Assembly: GCA_045576675.1 (NCBI GenBank)
Contig: JAZNGX010000104.1
Span: 1 to 56,185 of the forward strand
Length of the DNA: 56,185 nt
Source: Clostridia bacterium
GTDB lineage: Bacteria; Bacillota; Clostridia; Monoglobales; Firm-18
Direction of reading: 5' to 3'
Made by a program: the position numbers and the translations under genes. The notes below the pieces were generated by a model that was given only the letters and a program-made list of their open reading frames with translations, was not told the origin of the DNA and did not search any database. Below are positions 16,543 to 27,346 of this stretch, piece by piece (the first letter of the stretch is position 1; the number at the start of each line of letters is the position of its first letter).

Positions 16543-19500
16543 TTAATATAATTTTATTCCAAGCTTTTCATTGAAAAAGCCTGCATAACCGCCGCTGCAA
16601 GCACGTGCGGATATTGCACTTATAAATTTTTCACCGTTTAGTTTAAGATCAATATGTGTGCCGCTTTTATTTGGCGAAAGCTCTATTTCCAATGTATTTT
16701 CACCGTTATATTTAACCGGTATATCACCATCGGAAATTTTTATTTTTGTTCCGTTCTGATATTTATAAAGTGTTGCTTTAAAAGTATTTACTTCAAGTTC
16801 AAAGCGGTCGCTTTCAGCTGTTCTGCCAAGCACCTCGGCATAAGGACTGTTTGCACCGAAAACAATTGTAAACTGATTTTGCTCTGTCAAAGATACAGGT
16901 GTGAAATTGATGCTTAATTTCTCGCCTGCCAAAGCACTGTTCATTTTAAGCATTGAGCTTTCGGTCAGATATTTGTCACCGCCTGCAGTTGTCATTATTG
17001 TATCGCTTTCCTTTGCAAGCGTTACCCAGTTATTTTTATCAAGCGTGTTTACCTTTTCAGCCTGTTCATGCTTTGCAACAAGCTTCCAGTATGAATACTC
17101 ACCTGTTGCTTTGCACACTATCGGGATAACCGCTTCTTTTGTTAAATCCCATGTGCTTCCTTTATATGCACATTCTGCACCGGAATCCGCCATAACCTCT
17201 GCTGTAACGCTGTTTAGCGGAACATTTGAGTACATTGTTGCTGTAACCGTCTTATTATCTTTATCAATTACAACCTCTTTTGCATCGGGCATATAAACAT
17301 ATAACAAATCATTTGTCTGCTTTGACAGTGCGAAATCAAGATAAGCACCTTTAAGCTTTTCATATTGTTGCTTTGCAAGAACTTCCTTTAAAGCTTTAGC
17401 CTTTTGCTCACTATAATACCCAAGCTTTTCTTTGCCGTTTTTATAAAGCTGTGCATTTTCAAGCTCTTCGTTAGCTATTTTTACAAGCTCTTCTGTTGTA
17501 ACCTTATATAAATTATCAGCCGCTTTTTTAACTGCATCACGCATTTTTATAATTGCATATTCTTCATAACCGCTGTCAGGTTTAGCTTCATATTGCAGCA
17601 TATCCTTTAATTCATAGTATGTTTCGGGAGCGTACTGACCTGGTAAATATCCGAACGAGCCATTATCAACGTGATTTTTAACAATATCCATAAACTTTGA
17701 TGAAATCTGTGATATTATTCCATGGTCACGCGAATTGCGGTAGTTATCAACCTCGTCATAAAGATGAATGTCTGCTTCATATACAAGGTCTTTTATATGC
17801 TTATACTGCTCTTCAAGCCCTGCATTATCAGCAATGCTTTGCATATACTCATTATAATCTCCTGAAAGGAACACCGTCGGCGGTTCAAAGATTGTGCTTA
17901 TGTCAGAGTCGTTAACGTAATACTTTGACCATGCATAATTATCAATCACTTTATCCTCGCGTATAGCACTCATCCACAGGTTAAAGGAGTTTGGTGCATT
18001 TTCAATTATGTTATTGCTCCATTCCATAAATGATGAGCCTTCATCGGGATACAAGCCCTGCTGTGAGCTTCCCGACCCCTGAATATAATTATTTGTTACA
18101 AATGAATTTGGCTGCCATCCGAGAGTGTAAATTGGTGAGCCGTCATGCAAATACTGATTTGTATTTTTAATATGGTTATAAGCAATTATGTTATCCTTAC
18201 TTCCTTTGCAAAGAGCAACCCAGCCCCAGCCACACATAATTCCCGAATATGGGATTTCTTCTATTTCATTATGTGTTACAGTTGCACCCTCGATATATGA
18301 GAAGTTAATTCCACCGCCTGAGAAAAGATAATCAGCCGTTCTTGTAACATAGTTATTTGAAAAAGTTATGTTCTTATTTCGTGCTATGTTTGCGTAAGGC
18401 TTTCTGTCGGTAGTGTAAACCTCCATGTCAGACAAAGCAAAATCTGTTGCACCGATTGTTCTTACCATAACATACTGATACTTCTCGTCTGTGTCAGTCT
18501 TACATTCCCAATTTGCTGCCGCTGTGGTTTTGCATTGTGCCGCAGTATAGTATTCATTAAAATACTTATCGTTCGACAGCAGAACTTCAAAGCCCTTACG
18601 CTGATTTGACGGAATATCATCATTAAAAGTAAGCTTAATTGAATCAATGGTATAAGGCAAACCAAAATCATATCTTATCCAGCTTTTTTCACCCTTCTGC
18701 GGTGCCTCAGGGTCGCTTTTGAAGTTGGGGAATATCGGCTGTCTGTTACTCATATTAAGTCCGTTATATGAGGTTGCCACTTTTGCATATGTAAGTGTTG
18801 TCAAATCAAGCATATCGCCTTCGGGAATATCGCCTATTCCATCACCTGTGTCATTATCACTTTGATGAACATTACCAACCGTCATAGCAGTTGTACCCAA
18901 ATCATTGAACACACAACCGATTATGCTTGTATTTGAAACTCCGTTATCCATATTGACGCCATACGTTTCAAGCCCGAAGAAATGACTGTCTTTAAAATGA
19001 ATTTCGTTTGTCATATCAAGGAAAATTGCTCCCTCAATATGACCAGGTACATCATTTGAATGATAAATCATCTGTGCCTGCTGTACTCGAATACCTGCAC
19101 TGTCTGTCACTGCATACCAGGTTGAATGGGCAAACTGCAGATTTTCAAAGGTGATATTTTCCACCTTTTCATCAAGTGAATTACCTATCATATACACAAG
19201 CTGTTCAAGCTTCGGAATAACAACCTCTGCAGTTTTCATATCCTCCCCTTCACGTGGAATATATGAAAGCACCTTTGTTGTTCTGTTGAAATAAAACTCA
19301 CCAGGTTTATCAAGATATTCCTTTGCATTTCTGATTGCAAACGGTCTGTTGAACTTAACTGAGCGTTCGCCGTCACCCTCTTTCACTCTTGAATTCCAGT
19401 AAGGGTTCTGCATTTTTACAATCAGCCTTTCTTCATTATCAGGGTCGGGGAATATATCTTCAACTTTACAAATCGAGTCCTTCCACGACAACACCCAATG

Positions 19501-20082
19501 AAGCTCAACGTCGGACGGATTTTCCAAATCGCAGAAATCTGCTTTTGAAACATACATTCCGTCATAATCATAAATGCTTTTTTCTGCCTTATAATCAGCA
19601 AGTCCTTTTATAAGACGGTTGTTTTCTGCCATGTAACCTTTTTTTCCATTTACATATATGCCTCTTACAGCATAAGCATCGGGCACGGTTGTTTCCCAAA
19701 TATCTGGGTTTTCTGCAGACTGCTTAAAGCTTGAAATTTTGTAGCCGCCGGATATCACAGGCATTTTCTCGCCAACACCACGATATACGATTTTGTAACC
19801 GTTTCTGCCTGAGTCTTCAGGTCTGAAAACAAGCTTTTCATCAAGAGGGTAGAATCCATCTTTAATATTAATTACAATATCGCCTGTCATATCAGGTGCA
19901 AGCTTTGCTACTTCTTCTTTGGCACGTTTTAATGTTTTAAACGGTGAGGTTGCATCACCGCTTCCACTGTCATCACCGGTTTCAGAAACATATATTTCCT
20001 TATACACAATTTCTTCGGCATAAACAACCATACCAAACAACATTACTGTTGCCAAAAATAATGCCAATAGTCTTTTTGTCAT
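16543..20082 (-). CDS. Secreted right-handed beta-helix protein with embedded F5/8 type C module and C-terminal lectin-like domain (candidate glycanase or lyase)
   Basis: Signal peptide. The N-terminus IYVSETGDDSGSGDATSPFKTLKRAKEEV…GDIVINIKDGFY is typical of parallel beta-helix (pectate-lyase-fold) enzymes. Discoidin-like segment KSWIRYDFGLPYTIDSIKLTFND…FEVLLSNDKYF…LSDMEVY. 1179 aa. Confidence 0.65.
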   Translation of the reverse strand: MTKRLLALFLATVMLFGMVVYAEEIVYKEIYVSETGDDSGSGDATSPFKTLKRAKEEVAKLAPDMTGDIVINIKDGFYPLDEKLVFRPEDSGRNGYKIVYRGVGEKMPVISGGYKISSFKQSAENPDIWETTVPDAYAVRGIYVNGKKGYMAENNRLIKGLADYKAEKSIYDYDGMYVSKADFCDLENPSDVELHWVLSWKDSICKVEDIFPDPDNEERLIVKMQNPYWNSRVKEGDGERSVKFNRPFAIRNAKEYLDKPGEFYFNRTTKVLSYIPREGEDMKTAEVVIPKLEQLVYMIGNSLDEKVENITFENLQFAHSTWYAVTDSAGIRVQQAQMIYHSNDVPGHIEGAIFLDMTNEIHFKDSHFFGLETYGVNMDNGVSNTSIIGCVFNDLGTTAMTVGNVHQSDNDTGDGIGDIPEGDMLDLTTLTYAKVATSYNGLNMSNRQPIFPNFKSDPEAPQKGEKSWIRYDFGLPYTIDSIKLTFNDDIPSNQRKGFEVLLSNDKYFNEYYTAAQCKTTAAANWECKTDTDEKYQYVMVRTIGATDFALSDMEVYTTDRKPYANIARNKNITFSNNYVTRTADYLFSGGGINFSYIEGATVTHNEIEEIPYSGIMCGWGWVALCKGSKDNIIAYNHIKNTNQYLHDGSPIYTLGWQPNSFVTNNYIQGSGSSQQGLYPDEGSSFMEWSNNIIENAPNSFNLWMSAIREDKVIDNYAWSKYYVNDSDISTIFEPPTVFLSGDYNEYMQSIADNAGLEEQYKHIKDLVYEADIHLYDEVDNYRNSRDHGIISQISSKFMDIVKNHVDNGSFGYLPGQYAPETYYELKDMLQYEAKPDSGYEEYAIIKMRDAVKKAADNLYKVTTEELVKIANEELENAQLYKNGKEKLGYYSEQKAKALKEVLAKQQYEKLKGAYLDFALSKQTNDLLYVYMPDAKEVVIDKDNKTVTATMYSNVPLNSVTAEVMADSGAECAYKGSTWDLTKEAVIPIVCKATGEYSYWKLVAKHEQAEKVNTLDKNNWVTLAKESDTIMTTAGGDKYLTESSMLKMNSALAGEKLSINFTPVSLTEQNQFTIVFGANSPYAEVLGRTAESDRFELEVNTFKATLYKYQNGTKIKISDGDIPVKYNGENTLEIELSPNKSGTHIDLKLNGEKFISAISARACSGGYAGFFNEKLGIKLY

Positions 20083-20102
20083 TTTTGTCCACTATCCTCC
20101 TT

Positions 20103-21449
20103 TTAATAAATTTTTGTTTTGATAAATGTCATATAATTTGCATCGTGAAACCTTACTGCGTGGTTATATGACGTTCTTGCCATTATGTAAAGGTCATCCC
20201 CCTCAACAAAGCAGCTTGGGTACTGAATACCAACCTCCTGCTCGTTATAGTCAGACCAATTTACAACATCTTTAACAAATTCCCAGTTAATTGAGTCCTT
20301 TGATTTATAAACCGAAAGAATATTTCTTAAAGGCTGTCTGTTACCTATTGCAAGGTACTCTCCATTATCCATCTCAATTATCTGGAACTTTGAGTGTCCC
20401 ATATCAAAATCAAGCACCTGTTCAAACTCAAGCTGTTTTTCAGGATTATCGGGGTCAATTTTTAATATCATACTCTTATTATCCCAATATCTCATCATAT
20501 CAATAAGCGTTCCATCAGGTCTTTCAATGATATTACCTTCAATAGCACCTGCACGGAAGGTATATCCGTCCCAACTTCTGTCGGTAGGCAAAAATTCGGT
20601 AATAAGCCAGTTTTCAGCCAACATCAAATCAGCATTTTCATCAATAGAGATAGCACCCATATAAAAGTCTGAGCCGCCATCCCAGCTATGCCAACCGCCG
20701 TAGCCAACAGTTGTCCACAGTCTGCCTTTATACTTTTTAATATGCATAGGCTCTCTGTTAACTCCTGCACGTTCACCTAAAATTGTTGCTGTTCCTCTTA
20801 AAAGAATCACTGGGTCCGCCCACGTTTTGCCCTCATCCAAAGAACGTGTTATATGCAAATCACCATATTCTGTTGTAACGCCAATCATATAAAGTTCATC
20901 TTTATGCAAAAACATAAATCCCCAGAACATTGGTCTTAAGTCCGTCACATAATACCAGCTTTCGCCCATATCATCCGAACGATAAATACTTGTCAGCGTT
21001 GAACCACCAAGAAAATAGTCATGCGATGCCAGAAGAGACCCTGAAGGTAATTTGATTATTGACGGGCTGCCAAGGAACTTTCCTGAAAAACTGAACTGTC
21101 CGTCATCAGGATGAAGATAGTTTATTATTGTTCCTACCATAGGACCTGTTCTTATAAAACGCTTATTGCTTTTTATTCCGTTATCAGTTTCAATATAAAA
21201 CTCATAATCGCAATACTCGTCAAGTCCATCTATTACTGCTGTTGTTGTTTCTATTCTTTTTGTCTCCCATTTATGGGAAGTCATTTTGGAATAATACAAT
21301 GTGCCCTTATTTTCCCCACTCGGATTAAACCATTCCAACTCAAAATATGTTTCATAAGGAGCAAGACGGCATATATATGGCAGCTTTGCCTTTTCAGGCT
21401 GCCACTCAGGAATATAAGGTCTGTGATAAATCCTGTTATTCGCTTTCAT
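20103..21449 (-). CDS. Cytoplasmic BNR/Asp-box sialidase-fold beta-propeller protein with N-terminal FN3-like domain
   Basis: Two Asp-boxes (SDDMGESW, SLDEGKTW). Shares motifs SPSIIKLPSGSLLASHD and HDANYMTF with 39317-40555 and the C-terminal domain of 34478-37504. No signal peptide. Start moved to ATG 21449 (GAAAGGA RBS, MKANNRIY…), because the track start 21503 overlaps the upstream gene by 41 nt. Confidence 0.7.
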   Translation of the reverse strand: MKANNRIYHRPYIPEWQPEKAKLPYICRLAPYETYFELEWFNPSGENKGTLYYSKMTSHKWETKRIETTTAVIDGLDEYCDYEFYIETDNGIKSNKRFIRTGPMVGTIINYLHPDDGQFSFSGKFLGSPSIIKLPSGSLLASHDYFLGGSTLTSIYRSDDMGESWYYVTDLRPMFWGFMFLHKDELYMIGVTTEYGDLHITRSLDEGKTWADPVILLRGTATILGERAGVNREPMHIKKYKGRLWTTVGYGGWHSWDGGSDFYMGAISIDENADLMLAENWLITEFLPTDRSWDGYTFRAGAIEGNIIERPDGTLIDMMRYWDNKSMILKIDPDNPEKQLEFEQVLDFDMGHSKFQIIEMDNGEYLAIGNRQPLRNILSVYKSKDSINWEFVKDVVNWSDYNEQEVGIQYPSCFVEGDDLYIMARTSYNHAVRFHDANYMTFIKTKIY

Positions 21450-21462
21450 TTTTATTATCCTT

Positions 21463-23631
21463 TCAATTTCTGTTATTTCTACGATAAACCGATGGTGCAA
21501 CACCGTAACGCTTACGGAAGGATACGGTGAAGTAGCTGTTATTTGTAAAGCCTACATCTGCCATTATGGTTTTTAAGCTTTTATCTGTGTTTACCATAAG
21601 TCTTTCTGCTTCTAAAAGACGATACTCAGTTATCTTATCTGCAATTGAAACACCTGTTGTTTGTCTGAATTTTCTGCCTAAATAATTAGCTGAGAGACCC
21701 ACAACAGCCGCCAAACTATCAAGGCAGAATGACGGGTCAGCATATTCCTTTTCTATAATAGATATACACTTTTGTGCAAGCAAATCAAGTTTCTGCTCTT
21801 TCATTGCATTTCGCTGTCTTTCGATATCGTCAAACATATTTTTGATAAGACCTGTAACATCTGTTAAATACTCTGCCTGTTCATATGCCGACAGATTTTT
21901 AACTATATCAAAGCTTGTTTCTATAACTCCATTTTTCTGCAGAGTTTCTGCAGCAGAATGGATGCAAAGTAAAAGCTCAAGCATACTGTCACGTATTTGC
22001 TTTGCAGACATATTTATCATTTCATGCGTAAATCGTTCAAGATATTCCCACTCATCACATCTGCCTACAAGCAGACTATCCTTAATTGCTTCATAATACT
22101 CTTTCGCATTAAATTCCGCATCATCCCTCATTACAGAAGAATCAAGGACAATTCCGCTTCCAAAATAGAATGAATACTCTGAAATATCATTTGCTTCTGC
22201 ATAAAGTTTATTTATATTTCTGCAAGCATCAGCATGGCTTAAAAAGAACGAAGCATCAATGCTGATATAATCATGGAATCTTGCTATACACATCTGTGCA
22301 ATCTCGTTGAATGTTTGTTCAAAATATTTATCCGAAACGTTAAATATCAGATACTCCATTCTGTCCTCGAACCTGTTTACATACCACGGCAAAACATTGT
22401 GTTCAGAAACGAGCTCCTCAAAAATGTTTCTCATTCCGTAAGTATATAAATCAATATCCATCGGCGAGCACTTTGCCTTAAACTCTTTAAAATTGTCTAT
22501 TTTTATGATAAGGCAAGCTGCAGGAAAATTTGGATTTACACCTATTGGTAATATATTATTTATGTTTTCCACTCCGCTGAATTCCGGCTTGTTCATGTAA
22601 TCAAAAAGCTGTTTTGTATTTTTATCAAGCTTTTTCTCTTCGCGATGTTGAACTTGCTGCGGACGCAAATCCTTAACTGAAATCCGTAATTTTTTAAACC
22701 AGATAAGCCATCTTATAATAACAAACAAAGTTATGATTATACCTGTTAACACAAAAGCATTCTGTGCAGAAAAAACATTAATATTCCTTATGTTTTTTAC
22801 AGGTGTAACTGAAAAATACCATCTGTCGCTATAAGCAGAATATTCTGCGAACACCAAAGATTTAACGCCTTCAAAATTAACATAGCCATAATCAGCAGAC
22901 TTTACTTTGTTGTAAAAAAACTTTTCTTCTGCTACCGAACTACCCGGCAGATAAGTACCGCCACCGTATATTACGTTACCATCACCGCCTGTCACAATAA
23001 GCTGACCGTTAACATCGCTCTGATAACTTCCGTACGAAAGCTTAAACATATCATAATCCATATAAATTGCTATAGCATCCTCACGCTTGTTGTCAAAAAA
23101 GGTTACGTACATAAACATTGCATTGTTATATCCTTCAACATCGTTATTGAATATAACAAAGCTTTTTCTATTCATTGACGGCCCGTTTATATTATCACGC
23201 AACGAGTTGCTTATATAGCTGTTAGGTGCAGAAAATGGTCTTAACACATCAAACACTTTATCCTGCGACTTACTATAAAGCAGTATTCCTTTAACAGACT
23301 GTGATACACCCACATAGCTTCTCATCCTTACATAAAGCGATGTCATTTGATTTTCACTTAACTGCTGTCCGTAAAGCATTTTAACAACGTCTTCATCCTG
23401 TGACGCTGTTGCAGAAAGTCTTGACAGATTTTCCATAACATTTTCGTCGTTCAATACAAGCTTCTGCAAAATTTTTTCGGACGAATTGTAATAGTTTTCA
23501 AGCTTTTGATTGTTCAGAAAAACGCTTGAAAATGCTATTTGGCAAACAAGCAAGATACATATAATACCCAGCATAAGATAATCTGTGTACATTGGCATTT
23601 TTCTAAACGCTCCGAATTTTTTGTTTTTCAT
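21463..23631 (-). CDS. Membrane-anchored one-component AraC-family regulator (TM, extracytoplasmic sensor, TM, cytoplasmic region, AraC HTH)
   Basis: Hydrophobic helices YLMLGIICILLVCQIAFSSVFL and AFVLTGIIITLFVIIRWLIWF flank ~250 aa. C-terminal AraC HTH …LSANYLGRKFRQTTGVSIADKITEYRLLEAERLM…VGFTNNSYFTVSFRKRYGVAPSVYRR. Confidence 0.8.
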   Translation of the reverse strand: MKNKKFGAFRKMPMYTDYLMLGIICILLVCQIAFSSVFLNNQKLENYYNSSEKILQKLVLNDENVMENLSRLSATASQDEDVVKMLYGQQLSENQMTSLYVRMRSYVGVSQSVKGILLYSKSQDKVFDVLRPFSAPNSYISNSLRDNINGPSMNRKSFVIFNNDVEGYNNAMFMYVTFFDNKREDAIAIYMDYDMFKLSYGSYQSDVNGQLIVTGGDGNVIYGGGTYLPGSSVAEEKFFYNKVKSADYGYVNFEGVKSLVFAEYSAYSDRWYFSVTPVKNIRNINVFSAQNAFVLTGIIITLFVIIRWLIWFKKLRISVKDLRPQQVQHREEKKLDKNTKQLFDYMNKPEFSGVENINNILPIGVNPNFPAACLIIKIDNFKEFKAKCSPMDIDLYTYGMRNIFEELVSEHNVLPWYVNRFEDRMEYLIFNVSDKYFEQTFNEIAQMCIARFHDYISIDASFFLSHADACRNINKLYAEANDISEYSFYFGSGIVLDSSVMRDDAEFNAKEYYEAIKDSLLVGRCDEWEYLERFTHEMINMSAKQIRDSMLELLLCIHSAAETLQKNGVIETSFDIVKNLSAYEQAEYLTDVTGLIKNMFDDIERQRNAMKEQKLDLLAQKCISIIEKEYADPSFCLDSLAAVVGLSANYLGRKFRQTTGVSIADKITEYRLLEAERLMVNTDKSLKTIMADVGFTNNSYFTVSFRKRYGVAPSVYRRNNRN

Positions 23632-23704
23632 TATAATCGCTCCTGTTCGCTGAATTAATTCCTAATATATTTTAACAATATACCGGAAATTGTTCAACAA
23701 ACAA

Positions 23705-25174
23705 TTATTTACTCCATTCGTCCACCTGACGCTGAATTTCCGCAACAATTTCTTCACTGCCTGCAATTCTCATTTTGTTCATAAATTCAGGATAGATTTT
23801 TTCAGGGTCCATAGCTCCGCAGTCAAGAATTTCAAGATATTCATTAAGTGCTGCATTACAGCCTGCTATCTGTTGCTTTAGCGAATCAAGATTTGGAGTA
23901 AAGCCGATTAAAGGACTGCGTACTGCTGCACTATTTATCGCTTCTGTCTGCTCCCAAACATCATCGTCCTGATCTGCTAAAATTTCTGACTGATAAACCG
24001 AACCGATTGCCCAGTTGTATGCATCATACATATTTTCTTTTGAACGGATTATTTTATTACCTTCACGTGTGTAGTTAACACCCTCAACACCAAAGCTTAG
24101 GAGATTATAAATTTCTTTATCTTTATTGAAAAGCTCTAATACCTTCAATGCAAGCTCAGGATTTTCACTTGTACGGCTGATACCATTAAGTGTTGCAGAA
24201 AGACCGCCTGATGACATTAACTGACCTGTTCTTATAAACACTGACTGGTCAACGTCGCTGTTTGCACTCATCTCAGCAGCAAGTCCCGGCTTATATACAG
24301 GGTTAACAAAAACCTTCGGATATGCCTTACCTTCACCGATATATACACCCAATGTACGTTCTTCATCAATCTGCGGAGTAACTAGACCATCTGTTACCCA
24401 TTTTCTTCTGCGTGCAATGTACTCACGGAATTCATCTGTATCATACTGGTTGATAACTTCAATCTTACCATCAGCTTTATAACGGATAGCACCGGGCAAT
24501 GATGAACCTGTAACTTCTTCTATGCCGAACATATTTGTTCCGCCTTCCCAGATTGAAGGTATATCCGTATATGTACCTGTTTTTTCCTTCACCTTAACAA
24601 AGTAATTTTCAAGAAGGTTAAGAGTCTCATTATAATTTATTATTTCGTTATCATCTCCCGGCACTTCAATACCAAGTGTTGCAATATTCTGTGTCGGAAT
24701 CAGGAACGACGGTCCTCTTGTTGCAATCTGCTGATTTGGCACTCCATAGATTTTACCATCAACTCTCGCTCCGTCCCACCAGTAATCAGGAATTGATGTA
24801 TAAAGGTCAGGAGTAACATTTTTTAGCATATCATCCAACGGCAGCAAAACATTTTTCGAAATGTTCTGATTATAGTTATTAAGCCAGTTAGATGTAAACA
24901 TAATGTCAAACTTTTCTGCTGATGCATTAAGTACCTGAAGCTTTGAATCGTAATTACCAATGTCAAGAGATACGATATCAAGATTAACATCAAGCTTTTC
25001 TTTTGCTTTCTCTTTTACTGCCTGATTTACCGTGTCGTTGCTCTTTGTCACTTTACCTACAAGCAGATACCACTTTACTGTAGGTAAGTCATTTTTTGAC
25101 GATTTGCCTATTGAACAGCCGGAAAAAGCTGTTACAAGCAATGCAAGACACAACAACAAACTAATTTTTTTCAT
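23705..25174 (-). CDS. ABC transporter extracellular solute-binding lipoprotein (LplA-like, carbohydrate)
   Basis: Lipobox MKKISLLLCLALLVTAFSGCS. Its ~490-aa size and its position next to LplB/LplC-like permeases support the call. Confidence 0.8.
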   Translation of the reverse strand: MKKISLLLCLALLVTAFSGCSIGKSSKNDLPTVKWYLLVGKVTKSNDTVNQAVKEKAKEKLDVNLDIVSLDIGNYDSKLQVLNASAEKFDIMFTSNWLNNYNQNISKNVLLPLDDMLKNVTPDLYTSIPDYWWDGARVDGKIYGVPNQQIATRGPSFLIPTQNIATLGIEVPGDDNEIINYNETLNLLENYFVKVKEKTGTYTDIPSIWEGGTNMFGIEEVTGSSLPGAIRYKADGKIEVINQYDTDEFREYIARRRKWVTDGLVTPQIDEERTLGVYIGEGKAYPKVFVNPVYKPGLAAEMSANSDVDQSVFIRTGQLMSSGGLSATLNGISRTSENPELALKVLELFNKDKEIYNLLSFGVEGVNYTREGNKIIRSKENMYDAYNWAIGSVYQSEILADQDDDVWEQTEAINSAAVRSPLIGFTPNLDSLKQQIAGCNAALNEYLEILDCGAMDPEKIYPEFMNKMRIAGSEEIVAEIQRQVDEWSK

Positions 25175-25201
25175 AAATAATTCCTCCTAAAATTTTATAT
25201 T

Positions 25202-26095
25202 TTAACCTTTTACTGAACCAAGAACAACACCTTTGGCAAAATATTTCTGAAAGAACGGGAATATTATTACCATAGGCCCTGCAGCAATAAGACATATACA
25301 CATTCTTATTCCCTCATCAGGGATATCAATGCTGCTTACCATACCACTGCTTGCAGAGTTTTTAGCAAACTGAATGCTGTTAAGAACACGAACCAGATAG
25401 TACTGAATTGTGGTGTATTCACTCGAATCCATATAAAGCATACTGTTATACCAGTTATTCCAATAGTTGAAAATTGTCAACAATGCAATTGTTGCAATAC
25501 CTGTTTTCGCCAGCGGCAGAATAATCGTAAAGAAAATCCTGAATTCTCCAGCACCTTCGATTTTAGCACTTTCAACCAAAGATACAGGTATGCTTTTACA
25601 AAACATACGAAGTATCAATACGTATGATGCATTCATCATAAGCGGCAATATAAGCGACCACACACTATTGTACAGATTTAAGCTTTTGGCAATCCACATA
25701 TAATTTGCTACCATACCACCGTTGAAAAGCATTGTGAAATACACAAAAAACGAAAGAAATGATTTGAATTTGTAATCATCACGCGAAATTACGTAACCAA
25801 CCGATGTCATAAGATACATACCAATAAGCGTACCGATAACCGTTACAAAAATTGTGACACCATATGCGCTTATTATTTGTTCAGGCTCCATAAACACGTA
25901 CTTAAACGATTCAAGATTTAACTCTGTCGGTAAAATTGTATAACCGTAAAGTGCAAACGACTCACTGCCTGAAAGCGAGGCAGAAATAATTATCAAAAAC
26001 GGAACAACACAAACAACTGAAACAATAATCAACCAGATATGCGATATTATTTTTAAAATTATATCTCCAAATGTATTTTTTAGCTCCATCGTCAA
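25202..26095 (-). CDS. Carbohydrate ABC transporter permease (LplC-like)
   Basis: Six-TM MalG/LplC-type profile with an EAA-like loop (ESAKIEGAGEFRIFFTIILPLAK). Confidence 0.85.
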   Translation of the reverse strand: MTMELKNTFGDIILKIISHIWLIIVSVVCVVPFLIIISASLSGSESFALYGYTILPTELNLESFKYVFMEPEQIISAYGVTIFVTVIGTLIGMYLMTSVGYVISRDDYKFKSFLSFFVYFTMLFNGGMVANYMWIAKSLNLYNSVWSLILPLMMNASYVLILRMFCKSIPVSLVESAKIEGAGEFRIFFTIILPLAKTGIATIALLTIFNYWNNWYNSMLYMDSSEYTTIQYYLVRVLNSIQFAKNSASSGMVSSIDIPDEGIRMCICLIAAGPMVIIFPFFQKYFAKGVVLGSVKG

Positions 26096-26104
26096 CCTCC
26101 ATAA

Positions 26105-27067
26105 TTAAAACATTGCGTTGTCAGCATCAATCTTTTTGACCACAAAATTGGACAATAACACAAGACCCAAACCAACAACAGATTGAAACACCGATGCGGC
26201 AGACGAACCAGGAATGTCACCCAAAGTTTTCAACGCCCTGTATATGTATGTGTCAATAACGTCTGTTACTGCATATAAGGCACCCTGATTGTTTGGCACA
26301 TAATAGAACAAACCAAAATCAGCACGCATCATACTTCCGATTGACATTATAAACATCAGTATGATAGTCGGTTTTAAAAGCGGCAAAGTAATTTTAAACA
26401 CCATCTGTGCTCTGTTAGCACCATCAATTGCTCCTGCTTCGTATAATGTTGAATCAATTCCTATAATCGTCCCATAATACACAAGTACGTTGAAACCAAT
26501 AGTTTTCCAGATATTAAAAATAACCAGTATAAAAGGCCAATACTTCGGCTCCATGTACCAAGACACAGGCTCTTTGCCTATCGAAATCAGAAAATGATTG
26601 AAAAATCCATTTGAAAATGAAAATAAGGCAAGTCCGATATATGCAACTACAACCCACGAAATCAAGTGGGGTAAAAACAAAGCAGTTTGGTACACCTTTA
26701 TGAAAATTCGCCTTTTGGTAAAATCGAGAAATATTGCTGTCATAACAGATACTACAGTTCCCAGTAAAATAAACACAGCATTATAACAAACTGTGTTTCT
26801 CAATATGCGGACAGCATCATCAGTTCCGAAAAGGTATTTAAAATTTTCTAAGCCATTCCAGTCACTTAACCATATACCTTTCGCATAATCAAAGTCCTTA
26901 AACGCAATCACAAGTCCAAACATCGGTATGTAAGCAAAAATCACAAACCACAATATTCCAGGCAGTGCCAACAACGTCAGTTGCTTAGTGCTTGCCCACG
27001 CAAGAGGGTTGTTATTAAGCCTTCGCGTACCGGACAATTCTGATTGTCGCTTTTTAATGTCGAGCAT
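26105..27067 (-). CDS. Carbohydrate ABC transporter permease (LplB-like)
   Basis: MalF/LplB-type permease (EAGAIDGANRAQMVFKITLPLLKP). Start set at ATG 27067 behind GGAAGGAG. The track start 27112 lies upstream of the predicted promoter -10 box. Confidence 0.85.
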   Translation of the reverse strand: MLDIKKRQSELSGTRRLNNNPLAWASTKQLTLLALPGILWFVIFAYIPMFGLVIAFKDFDYAKGIWLSDWNGLENFKYLFGTDDAVRILRNTVCYNAVFILLGTVVSVMTAIFLDFTKRRIFIKVYQTALFLPHLISWVVVAYIGLALFSFSNGFFNHFLISIGKEPVSWYMEPKYWPFILVIFNIWKTIGFNVLVYYGTIIGIDSTLYEAGAIDGANRAQMVFKITLPLLKPTIILMFIMSIGSMMRADFGLFYYVPNNQGALYAVTDVIDTYIYRALKTLGDIPGSSAASVFQSVVGLGLVLLSNFVVKKIDADNAMF

Positions 27068-27102
27068 TTTATTTTTCTCCTTCCATTGCCTATTATGGTT
27101 AA

Positions 27103-27130
27103 ATTCTAACATTACAAATAAGTGTTTTCA
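27103..27130 (-). promoter_or_regulatory. Candidate promoter of operon block 1
   Basis: Reverse strand reads TTGAAA (27125-27130), a 16-nt spacer, then TGT-TAGAAT (extended -10, 27103-27108). Confidence 0.35.
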
Positions 27131-27346
27131 ATCCGAAATAGAGGTTATAGTTTTGAATTTTTGTTTCATATAATGCCCACTTGTTAATATTTAATAAAAA
27201 AGCACAATTTCAACATTTTACGCCTCAAAAACCCTGTAATATCAGGAAATATATAAAAGAGTTTTTACAAACACATCAACTTCCCTGCCCCTCAATCTTG
27301 AGGGGTGGGGGTTGTGCTTTTCCAAACTTTGTTATATAATTTAACT

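Noticed and set aside
21450-21503. Track start codons that overlap the upstream gene (21503, and likewise 27112, 51978, 56148, 29420)
   Set aside because: Downstream ATGs with strong Shine-Dalgarno sequences (21449, 27067, 51924, 56139, 29387) remove the overlaps and give canonical N-termini or signal peptides.
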